A stretch of 32,000 nt of DNA. Origin: Nostoc punctiforme PCC 73102 (GTDB lineage Bacteria > Cyanobacteriota > Cyanobacteriia > Cyanobacteriales > Nostocaceae). The position numbers and the translations under genes are program-made. The stretch lies in contig NC_010628.1 in NCBI RefSeq assembly GCF_000020025.1, forward strand, positions 7,020,001 through 7,052,000. Direction: 5' to 3'. Each line of letters starts with the position of its first letter. The first letter of the stretch is position 1. Shown here one piece after another: positions 19,479-28,400 of this stretch. The notes under the pieces are model-generated. The model had not been told where the DNA came from. It saw only the letters and a program-made list of their open reading frames with translations, and made no database searches.

Positions 19479-20495
19479 TCAAATAAGTGATGTTGATATA
19501 TGTTGATGCGAGCCATCTGACATAGATGAGATCAACATTTGTTCAAAGACTTTGGAAAGAGCAGTTTGAAAACGCTGACGATGCTTGAGTTTGAAGAAAG
19601 GTCGAACTATTTCTGCGTAGGTGTAGCCCGCACTTCGGCTACGCTCAGTGACCGCCGTAGGCATCGTAGCGTTACCGTCTCTATTATCAATCACTCGAAT
19701 TGCTCGTAGAGTTCCCAGTTGTATTTCTTTTTTTACCATCAACTCAGAAATTCCGATCGCACCGACACCATCTTCGATGGCTGCTTTTGTCATCTCTCCA
19801 CTGTTGAATACTAAAATTACATCCAGTTCACTGAGATTGATTTCCCAATTTTGTAAGGCTTCCTCAAACCTTTGCTGGGTTCCAGAACCTGGTTCGCGCA
19901 TCACCCAAGGGGTTTTAGTCAATTGACTTAAGTCAATTTCTCCCCACTCAAACCAAGGGTGTTTTCGACCTACTACTATTTGTAAGCGATCGCTGCCCAC
20001 TATTTCATAGTCTAGAGTACTCTGGAGCGCTGGCTTCACATCTCCTTCTACCAAACCTAAATCAAACTGTCCTGTGGCCGTTCCTAGACAAATCTCTTCT
20101 GTATTGGCAAGGCTACAGTTAATTTGAATACCGGGATATCGGCTCTTAAACTCACTAATCTTACTTGGTAGCCAGTAGTTACCAATTGTCAGACTTGATC
20201 CTAATTTCAATTCACCCCGTTGCAGATTGTTCAATTCTCGCAATCCACGTTCAGTCAAGGAAACTTGATCGAGAATTTTCTGCGCTTCCACTTGCAGTAA
20301 TTTACCCGCCTCAGCAATCTCGATATGGCGACCAATCCGATGGAATAGTTTCACACCATATTCTTGCTCTAAGTTGTGGATTGCTGCACTGACGGCAGGT
20401 TGTGTAATATAAAGCTCCTCTGCTGCGCGAGTAAAGTGTAAGTGCTGCGCCACAGCCAGAAAGATTTTTAGCTGCTCAAGGGTCATTCCTGCCAT
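19479..20495 (-). CDS. LysR-family transcriptional regulator carrying an in-frame repeat insertion near the C-terminus
   Basis: N-terminal wHTH 'LEQLKIFLAVAQHLHFTRAAEELYITQPAVSAAIHNLEQEYGVKLF' followed by a LysR substrate-binding region. At 338 aa it is longer than typical because of about 20 aa ('ATMPTAVTERSRSAGYTYAE') encoded by a dispersed repeat. It is divergent from the CadD-family gene. Confidence 0.85.
   Translation of the reverse strand: MAGMTLEQLKIFLAVAQHLHFTRAAEELYITQPAVSAAIHNLEQEYGVKLFHRIGRHIEIAEAGKLLQVEAQKILDQVSLTERGLRELNNLQRGELKLGSSLTIGNYWLPSKISEFKSRYPGIQINCSLANTEEICLGTATGQFDLGLVEGDVKPALQSTLDYEIVGSDRLQIVVGRKHPWFEWGEIDLSQLTKTPWVMREPGSGTQQRFEEALQNWEINLSELDVILVFNSGEMTKAAIEDGVGAIGISELMVKKEIQLGTLRAIRVIDNRDGNATMPTAVTERSRSAGYTYAEIVRPFFKLKHRQRFQTALSKVFEQMLISSMSDGSHQHISTSLI
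19613..19672. repeat. Short dispersed repeat (nested) inside the LysR ORF
   Basis: On the gene strand: 'gctacgatgcctacggcg[gtcactgagcgtagccgaagtgcg]ggctacacctacgcag'. The outer part recurs at 25108-25136 and 6804-6818. The bracketed core recurs at 24868-24890. Confidence 0.7.
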
Positions 20496-20615
20496 TTATG
20501 GTATCCCTACAACTTGGTGTCAAAGATTTAATCACTTTCATTTATCATTTTGACAAACAAAAGCATTTGATTCTATCGGTTAGTTTCACTAAAGTATAAA
20601 TCAAAGCCTTTTACT

Positions 20616-20680
20616 TAGTCATTTGTCATTAGTCATTTGTTTTTTGTAAATGGCCAATGATTAATGCCCAATTGCCAAGC
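20616..20680. repeat. Degenerate heptanucleotide repeat tract (tagtcat/ttgtcat...ttgccaa)
   Basis: Read directly, in the LysR/CadD divergent intergenic region. Confidence 0.6.
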
Positions 20681-20702
20681 ATCAAAATAAGGACTTCCAA
20701 AA

Positions 20703-21413
20703 ATGAGCGGTTTAGTAACTGCAATTACCACAGGGATCACGGCATTCACTGCCACCAACATCGATGATATTGTGATTCTGACGTTGCTTTTTTCACAGAT
20801 AAATAAAACGTTCCGCAGTCGTCACATCCTTGCTGGTCAGTATCTCGGCTTTGCTGCACTGATTGTTGCTAGCCTTCCTGGGTTTTTCGGTGGACTAATT
20901 ATACCGCAGGACTGGATTAGACTACTTGGTTTAATGCCAATAATCATTGGTGTGAGTGGTTCACTAAAACGCGAAGAGGATTCACCAGAGGAAGGTGCAG
21001 AAGAAACCGAGCCATCTTGTCCCTCTATAGTTAAGAGTTTTTTCTCTCCCCAAACTTGCAACGTCGCTGCGATCGCCTTTGCCAATGGTAGTGATAATAT
21101 CAGCGTCTACGTGCCTCTGTTTGCCAATTCGGAATTAGATAGTCTGCTGATTATACTCAGTGTATTCTTCGCCCTAGTGGGCGTATGGTGTTATACCGCT
21201 TATAAGTTGACCTACTTGCCTGCGATCGCACATTTTTTAACTGAAAATGGCAACACTTTTGTACCTTGTATCTTGATTGGTTTGGGCATGTTTATTGTCA
21301 CAGAAAACGTTACCTGGACTCTTTTATCTGTAGTTTCTAGTTATATATTCTCATTAATCTTAGGTTTCAATACTCAATCTTCGAGTGAAGAACAAGAAAA
21401 GTTAAGTATCTAG
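20703..21413 (+). CDS. CadD-family cadmium-resistance transporter-like membrane protein
   Basis: 236 aa. The N-terminus 'GITAFTATNIDDIVILTLLF' and the later 'FANGSDNISVYVPLFA' are typical CadD-family motifs, and the protein has multiple TM helices. Confidence 0.75.
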   Translation: MSGLVTAITTGITAFTATNIDDIVILTLLFSQINKTFRSRHILAGQYLGFAALIVASLPGFFGGLIIPQDWIRLLGLMPIIIGVSGSLKREEDSPEEGAEETEPSCPSIVKSFFSPQTCNVAAIAFANGSDNISVYVPLFANSELDSLLIILSVFFALVGVWCYTAYKLTYLPAIAHFLTENGNTFVPCILIGLGMFIVTENVTWTLLSVVSSYIFSLILGFNTQSSSEEQEKLSI

Positions 21414-21492
21414 AAAGATGTGCATCATGAATTTTCTTACGAAAATGAATTTAAAACTACAAAATATCTTCCCCATCAACAGGAATCAAAAC

Positions 21493-22155
21493 ATGAAAGT
21501 CTGGAAATCTCTTCTAATTGCCTTAATGATTTTCGCTAATCTAGCCTTCGCTCAACCTTCTTTTGCTGATAGACCAAAATTTAGCAAAAACCCTGATTAT
21601 ATCGAAGTCACTAAAGCTCTTAACGAACTGTCTAAAACAAAAGATGCTCAAACTCAAGTTCAAGGTCTGACACCAGAAGAAATTCAAAAGAGAGCCGAGG
21701 AATTAACACTGCAAAAATATGCTTTAGAGACGGGAATTAACTGGGGGAAATGCGAAAACCAAACAGGTAATACCATAGCAGTATACGGTAAAAGACCAAA
21801 TGATGAAGACAATGAAGATGCCGTATACGACAATGGTCTGTATTTTCTAGCTAATGGTCAGTCAACTAAAGATAACTGGGATTGTGATGGCATCTATCTA
21901 CCGAATGATATTAAGGTAGCAAACTTTACTTCTAGTCCGAATGGGCAAGGTGAAGAATTGACAGGACCTGTGGCTCTGAAAATCCTTGATGGAACTCAGT
22001 TGGTGATTAAGACAAATCCAGATAGTGGTGCGATTGAATTGAATGTTCCGACTGTAAAAGTTCTTAACAGCAATAAGGCTAACTGGTTTATCCCAGATAT
22101 ATCGCAGGCTATCATCGATACACGAGTTCCTAATGCGCCTACCAAGAAGTCTTGA
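21493..22155 (+). CDS. Hypothetical secreted protein
   Basis: The internal ATG at 21493 gives the signal peptide 'MKVWKSLLIALMIFANLAFAQPSFA'. The track start at 21418 is probably an upstream extension. No motif was recognised. Confidence 0.6.
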   Translation: MKVWKSLLIALMIFANLAFAQPSFADRPKFSKNPDYIEVTKALNELSKTKDAQTQVQGLTPEEIQKRAEELTLQKYALETGINWGKCENQTGNTIAVYGKRPNDEDNEDAVYDNGLYFLANGQSTKDNWDCDGIYLPNDIKVANFTSSPNGQGEELTGPVALKILDGTQLVIKTNPDSGAIELNVPTVKVLNSNKANWFIPDISQAIIDTRVPNAPTKKS

Positions 22156-22624
22156 AATAGAACTGCATAGTCTATTTTTGAAGGATTGTTCTCAATTTCA
22201 ATAGCATAACTAACAGCCAACATTAGAGAAAAAACCTGACTTGCACTGGTGAAAAATCTCTCTGATTCTTGGCTGTTTTTTTATGAACCCTTATTACTTA
22301 TACCAATTCAATTAATGATTGCAACACATCTTTGGGTAAAGACGCGATGAATCGTGTCTCTACAAATGGTCTATTTATCGCATTCTTTTTTCAAATTGGT
22401 ATTAGAGCGGCTCTATACTATCAATTCCGAGTTTCGAATTCTTCCATTAGGCTTGTTTTATTTCGATATCTGCATTAAAAAATTTTTGAAAAAAAATGTA
22501 CAATCATAATAAGCATATTTCAGTAGCGCAACTATTGCGCTGGGTGCAAGTCATCTGGAAAGAGATTTCCTACTACCTCCGCATTTTTTTGAGAAGAGCC
22601 GCTTTGGGGATAAGGGTGTTATTG

Positions 22625-23053
22625 ATGCAATTAAAATTGAAATCCGCAGAAGAAGATAAAGATCAAAAAAAGCCAGGACGACTCAATCCTTCTCGAATCC
22701 GAGATCACTTGGCAAATGAGCGTACCTACCTGGCTTGGATGCGGACAGGGATTGCTCTTTTAGGTTTTGGTGTTGTAATTGTGCGTTTGCGTGCCTTCCA
22801 TGTACCTTTAGTACCCCGTCCCGGCAACGGCTGGAAGTTAGGTTTAGTCTTTTCGCTGGTGGGTTTGATTACAGTGTGGCTCTCAACCAGTCACTATTTC
22901 GCTGTCCGTCGTGATATCGAAGAAGATACTTATGAACCGACAGACAGATGGGTGTTACTTTTCAGTCTCGCTGTGATGATTCTCGGAACTGGGGTAATCT
23001 ATTTTGTTTTTACAAGTTCTTTAGATCCATCAAGTCCACTTATCCCGGAATGA
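22625..23053 (+). CDS. DUF202 (YidH-like) membrane protein
   Basis: 'RDHLANERTYLAWMRTGIALLGFG' is the DUF202 signature, and three TM helices follow. The ATG at 22625 is preferred over the track start at 22496. Confidence 0.7.
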   Translation: MQLKLKSAEEDKDQKKPGRLNPSRIRDHLANERTYLAWMRTGIALLGFGVVIVRLRAFHVPLVPRPGNGWKLGLVFSLVGLITVWLSTSHYFAVRRDIEEDTYEPTDRWVLLFSLAVMILGTGVIYFVFTSSLDPSSPLIPE

Positions 23054-23095
23054 TGACTAAGTAGATAGGCAGACTTAATGCCTAGCTACTTATTT

Positions 23096-23818
23096 TCAAA
23101 ACCGCACTTTGTACATTTGGAATAATTCCCCTGATTTTTGCGTGACTATTTTAGCGCCAGCAGCCTTAATAGCTTTTTCCCAGCCAGCTACAGGCTCTAA
23201 AAACACCTCAGCCCCTAAATAGGTTTCTAAAACTGCCCAATCTTCTGCTAAAGGTTGTTCTGGATTAAGGATGTCAAACACAAAATGCCCACCTGGTTTT
23301 AAGACTCGCTTAACTTCTGCCAGTACTGCATTCCAATATTCCAGTGGAAAATAACAGCTAAATCCTGTGGCGATCGCTAGATCAAACTGCTCTGGTGAAT
23401 AGTTCAACTGATGGGCTGCTCCCAACTCAACACCTTTGAACAGCTTAGAATTCAACTGTGGCCCACGAGAGTTAAGGGTGTCGCGTGCCACATTACTAAT
23501 TTCTTGCCCATGAAAAAATGCTTGCCAATCCCGCCAAGGATAGATTAAGAAGCTGATACCACAGCCAATATCTAAACAGTGCTGGTTTTTTTGAGGTTGA
23601 GCAATTTCCCAAAAAGGGGAAGCAATTCTCCCTGAAAAACTACCTCCAATCCACTCACGGAATATCGGCATCGCCTGGACTTCAGTTGGGAGTTCAAAGG
23701 TTTCACGTTGATACTCTCGGTTAAAGCGATAGGCTATTTGGCCTAATCTTTCGTCCCAGTTGCTTGATTTGGCTGAAGTAAAGAGATTTTGGAACTGCGA
23801 ATCAGACTTTTTGGACAT
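23096..23818 (-). CDS. Class I SAM-dependent methyltransferase
   Basis: Motif I 'CLDIGCGISFL' and the post-motif 'LKPGGHFVFDI'. The ATG at 23818 ('MSKKSDSQF') is preferred because the upstream part of the track ORF (to 23893) runs through a dispersed repeat. Confidence 0.8.
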   Translation of the reverse strand: MSKKSDSQFQNLFTSAKSSNWDERLGQIAYRFNREYQRETFELPTEVQAMPIFREWIGGSFSGRIASPFWEIAQPQKNQHCLDIGCGISFLIYPWRDWQAFFHGQEISNVARDTLNSRGPQLNSKLFKGVELGAAHQLNYSPEQFDLAIATGFSCYFPLEYWNAVLAEVKRVLKPGGHFVFDILNPEQPLAEDWAVLETYLGAEVFLEPVAGWEKAIKAAGAKIVTQKSGELFQMYKVRF

Positions 23819-23959
23819 TAGATTTTTGCTACTCTTTCTAAGAATTGTAGTCAAATTTGTTTTGCGATCGCCTCCGGTGGGCGGGTACGCCATCGCCTAC
23901 GGCAGGCGGATACGCCATCGCATACCCATCAAATCTCCTACTGCGGTTTGTCCTAAGTC

Positions 23960-23998
23960 GTCATTGGTCATTAGTAGCAATGACTAATGACTAATGAC
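23960..23998. repeat. Inverted heptamer-repeat hairpin (cattggt/cattagt against aatgact units)
   Basis: 16-bp stem: gtcattggtcattagt (23960-23975) pairs with actaatgactaatgac (23983-23998) with one G-T pair. Further aatgact units run to 24006, ending 2 nt from the stop of the upstream minus-strand gene. Confidence 0.8.
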
Positions 23999-24007
23999 TA
24001 ATGACTG

Positions 24008-24712
24008 CTATTCAACTTTTTCATACCAGATACCTACTTTCTCAAAAGCACCATAAGCAAGCTTGAGAAAATTCACGACTCTCTGTTTCCCAATTATCCC
24101 AAATTCTTTATACTCTCTAGCCTCTGCAAAAGTCAGGCGATTTTGGTCAATTATGTTTCTTTCTCTGTATGCTAACTTCGGAAAATCTATAACTTTTATC
24201 TGATATTTATTTACTATGTTCTGAAAGTTGGAGTCTGACTCTAGATGCTCCCAATCATCACACAGCCCCAAATTCCTCACCAGAATATGAGGGATTTTTT
24301 CACCGTAAGTATTCACTGACTGAGTAAACAGGTTGATGCTGTCATATCCTCCTGTCGATATAAACCATTTACAAAACATCACTCCCTGCGAACTTCCTAG
24401 TTCAAGTAATTGATTAGATTCAATCCACCCTTGCACTGCTCTATGCGATTGTGCGGCTAAATTCACAATTACTGGCCTCTCTATGGCCCACTCGAATATT
24501 CTATCTGCCTTATTTGCCTGTCGTTCGTTCTCACTAAACACAGCATACTTACATATTTCCTTATATACCCCTGCCACATCTGGATTCGATCTATCTGTCT
24601 CCACTGGTACAAATGGGATTCTCTTATCCAGACAATACTGAATCATTGTCCTGGCAAAGAGAGATTTTCCTACCCCGCCTTTTTCACCATCCACAAAATG
24701 AATCGTCGGCAT
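24008..24712 (-). CDS. Orphan ParA-superfamily P-loop ATPase, TraL (IncP)-like
   Basis: The ATG at 24712 is preceded by SD 'gaggtgg'. 'MPTIHFVDGEKGGVGKS' carries the deviant Walker A KGGxGKS at the extreme N-terminus. The overall size (234 aa), 'ETDRSNP' and the C-terminal 'RLTFAEA' recall conjugative TraL as remembered. No other transfer genes are nearby. Confidence 0.6.
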   Translation of the reverse strand: MPTIHFVDGEKGGVGKSLFARTMIQYCLDKRIPFVPVETDRSNPDVAGVYKEICKYAVFSENERQANKADRIFEWAIERPVIVNLAAQSHRAVQGWIESNQLLELGSSQGVMFCKWFISTGGYDSINLFTQSVNTYGEKIPHILVRNLGLCDDWEHLESDSNFQNIVNKYQIKVIDFPKLAYRERNIIDQNRLTFAEAREYKEFGIIGKQRVVNFLKLAYGAFEKVGIWYEKVE

Positions 24713-25069
24713 TACAGCCACCTCTAATACTTATTAAAGCCTGATACATCTTTCCCAAAATAAGAACTTTTTGGCCGTTGCCGCCTAGTTGTTTTGGTGG
24801 TTTTATGAGAAAGTATAACCGTGATTTGGATATATTCCAACAGTCTCATTTTACACAGGTAAAGTCCGCACTTCGGCAGGCTCAGTGACCATCTGCGCGG
24901 ACTAAGACAAAACAAGGGGCTTAAGCCTCTTGTTGTAAGTTGATTGAGAACTAAAAACCGAAAATTTAGGTTTTCAGACATTCTTTACAACAAGAATTAG
25001 GAATTTTGAGAAGAAATTGCCAAGGGAAGTTGTTTAAAATAAGCCTGGAGTTACTTGCAGATCAACACT

Positions 25070-25288
25070 ATGGCGGAAATTCAGTTAGCGATTGAGGGTG
25101 AAGATGCGATGCCTACGGCGGGCTACGCCTACGCAGCAACAGAAGTACTTTTGGCAATTCCTGGTATATCTGGTAACTATGCAGTGAGTTCAGATGCACC
25201 GGAAAGAGAAGGAATAACAGCAACAGTTGCTACCATCGTTGGTATTGTTGGGGGTGCGATCGCTATTGCTGAACAAATCCGCAAGTGA
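25070..25288 (+). CDS. Small protein with a hydrophobic helix; the reading frame continues past an in-frame TGA to 25417
   Basis: The ATG at 25070 gives 'MAEIQLAIEGEDA...ITATVATIVGIVGGAIAIAEQIRK*'. The same frame reads on as 'YQEYKAKQSGKRIEKVLIVGRNGRRLLLEDATLEEIRQILES*' (TAG at 25415-25417). It carries a dispersed-repeat insertion ('MPTAGYAYA'). It lies 81 nt upstream of the CHAT gene on the same strand. Confidence 0.5.
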   Translation: MAEIQLAIEGEDAMPTAGYAYAATEVLLAIPGISGNYAVSSDAPEREGITATVATIVGIVGGAIAIAEQIRK

Positions 25289-25498
25289 TATCAGGAGTAT
25301 AAAGCCAAACAGTCTGGTAAAAGAATTGAAAAGGTGTTGATTGTCGGGCGCAATGGTAGGCGACTTCTTTTAGAGGATGCAACCCTGGAAGAGATTCGCC
25401 AAATTTTAGAATCGTAGAGATGCGATTAATCGCGTCTGTTGTTACGGAATTGGGGGTGGTAGACTTGGGGTAAATACTGAAGTCTCAGGATTCAGAAC

Positions 25499-28400
25499 GT
25501 GCAAACGCTCCACCTCGACCTTAAGCCAGTTGATGATAATTACGTAGAGTTACGTTACTTTGTTGATAATCCTAACCAGTATGAGAAGCGATCGCTCTGT
25601 TTAACAGAAATCGCCGACTTGATTAAGTTGGCTGAGAGAGATTATTACGTTTCGTTTTTCCCAGAGGATTATACGGTAACTGGGCGGCGGTTGTATAACT
25701 GGTTGGATGGGAGCGATCGCTGGCTACAACCCTTGCTAGATAAGTATCGGCGGGAGGGGATTGTGTTAGCGATCGCTACATCTGAAAAACTTGCTCATCT
25801 GCCTTGGGAAGTGTTGCACGATGGCAATGGTTTTTTAGTGCAGCGTGTCCCGGCTATTGTTCCGGTGCGGTGGGTATCGGATAGCACGGTAAAAAAATTG
25901 ACCATTGACGGGGAAGCAGAAAACCGGGCGCTGCAAGTTTTGTTTATGGCGACTTCGCCGTTGAATGTCGAGCCTGTGCTGGATTTTGAGGGGGAGGAAG
26001 CACGGATTTTGGAGGCGACAAAGCGGCAACCTTTAGCGCTGACGGTGGAAGAAAGCGGCTGTTTGTCGGAGTTGGGTTATTTAGTCGATGGTTACGGCAA
26101 AGATTATTTTGATGTTTTACACCTGACGGGTCATGCTACTTTTCAAGATGGGCAACCGCGCTTTATTACAGAAACCGCAACAGGTGAAGCTTTCTATGCG
26201 AGTGCTGGGGATATTGCCCAAGAATTACAATTTCAACTGCCTAAACTCATTTTCCTCTCTGGTTGTCGCACTGGGCAAGCTGGCAATTCGGGATCTGTGC
26301 CGTCAATGGCAGAAGAGTTGCTCAAATCAGGAGCAAAAGCGGTTTTGGGTTGGGGTCAAAAGGTTTTAGATGCCGATGCGACAGCCGCAGCAGCCGCATT
26401 ATATGAGGAATTATCAGCCGGAAAGCAGATCGCTGAGGCTGTGGCTTGTACTTATCAAGCATTAATTAAGAACAACGCGTGGGATTGGCATTTGTTGCGG
26501 CTGTATGCAGCAGGTAATTTACCAAGTTCATTAGTCACACCCAGAGGAAAACCTGGACGGAAACCAGCACCACCGCTTTCTGTTTCTACCCAGTTTTTAG
26601 ATGCCGCAGGTAAAGTCAAAGTCCCGACGCGGGAAAGTTTTGTTGGTCGTCGCCGCCAATTGCAAAGTTGTTTGCGAGTGCTGAGTCAATCAACCGATGA
26701 GGTTGGGGTGTTGATTCATGGCATGGGCGGTTTGGGTAAAAGTAGTTTAGCAGCTAGGCTGTGCGACAGACTGCCGAATTTTGAGCGTGTTGTCTGGGTG
26801 GGAAGAATCGATGAAGCGAGTTTGGTGAGTCGTTTGGCGGAAAAGTTGGATGACAACGAACAACGCAAAAGCCTACAAAATTATGATGAAGAATTGAGAT
26901 TTCGGCTGCGGCGAGTTTTCCAGGATTTGCATGAGCAAGCAAAGCCGTTTTTGTTGGTGCTGGATGACTTTGAAGTGAATTTAGAGACCTCTCCCCCAAC
27001 CCCTCTCCGAGGCGGAGAGGGGAGTCCAGTTCCCCCCTTCCCTAGCAGGGAAGGGGGGTTAGGGGGGTTAGGTCGCTTGCAAACGGAAGCAGCAGAGGTA
27101 ATGAAGGCTTTAGTTTGGGCAATTAAAGAAAATTACACTTCCCATCGCATCATTATTACTTGCCGTTACGATTTTGAATTTACTCTGTTGCAGTATTTCC
27201 ACAAGCAGCCGTTGGATGCACTGCAAGGTGCAGATTTGCAAAAAAAGTTTAATCGCCTCACAGCCTTTAGTGCTAAATCTCAGGTGGATGAGGCGTTAAA
27301 ATCGCAGGCGCAGAAGTTGGCGGATGGTAATCCCCGCTTGCTGGAATGGTTGGATAAGATTCTGCAAAATACAACTGTTGATGTGGCAGCAATTTTGAAT
27401 CGGTTGGCAGCAGATCCGGTGGAGTTGCGAGAGCAAGTTTTGGCAGAGGCGCTGCTGCAACAGATGGATTCAACTATGCGGGAGATGTTGGCGCGGGGTT
27501 TGGTGTTTGAGTTGCCAATACCAAGGGAAGCTTTAGCCGCAGTTTGTGACACTATCCCCAATTTGGAAGATTATATTAGTCGGGCGGTGGCGTTGGGGCT
27601 GTTGGAAGTGAGTCATGATGAGGCGTTACGAGTGCCGCGCATTTTGCCAGTGCAGTTACCAGAAGATGGGGAAGCTTTGCATAAGCAGGCGGCTGAGGTG
27701 CTGTATCGTCTGTGGTGGGAAGAGGTGAAAACAGAAATTGAGGAACAACGCTTAGAAATTCATCGGTTGGCGTTCCGAGGAAAGGTAAACAAGATTACTG
27801 TAGAAATTGCAGGGAAACTTGCAAGAAGTTGGAAAAGTCAAAGCCGATTTCGAGAAGCTGTTCAATTATGCAAATCAACTTTAGAACTTGCTGAAGATTA
27901 TTTAGTCTTACACGAGTTAGCTCGCTCTGAACAAGAATTAGGTGATGTAAATAAAGCTCAAACGCATTATCAACAAGCGTTAGATAACTGTCCAGCAGAA
28001 GACGAAGAAGAAAAAGCAGCAATTATTCACAACTTGGGAATACTCAAAGCCAATAGCGGAGAAATAGAAGAAGCGATCGCCCTTTATCAACAATCCCTCG
28101 CTATCACTGAACAAATCGGCAATGTCCAAACTCAGGCGGCGACGTTGCACTGTTTGGGAATACTCAAAGCCAATAGCGGAGAAATAGAAGAAGCGATCGC
28201 CCTTTATCAACAATCCCTCGCTATCACTGAACAAATCGGCGATGTCCAAGGTAAGGCGGCGACGTTGCACTGTTTGGGAATGCTCAAAGCCAATAGGGGA
28301 GAAATAGAAGAAGCGATCGCCCTTTATCAACAATCCCTTGCTATCGAAGAACAAATCGGCAATGTCCAAGGTCAGGCGGCGACGTTGCACGAAATGGGAG

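Noticed and set aside
24724-24981. 85-aa ORF upstream of the TraL-like gene
   Set aside because: It runs through a dispersed-repeat hairpin (24865-24903). Its composition is Arg/Leu/Thr-rich and not protein-like, and it has no SD. It is treated as non-coding divergent promoter region.
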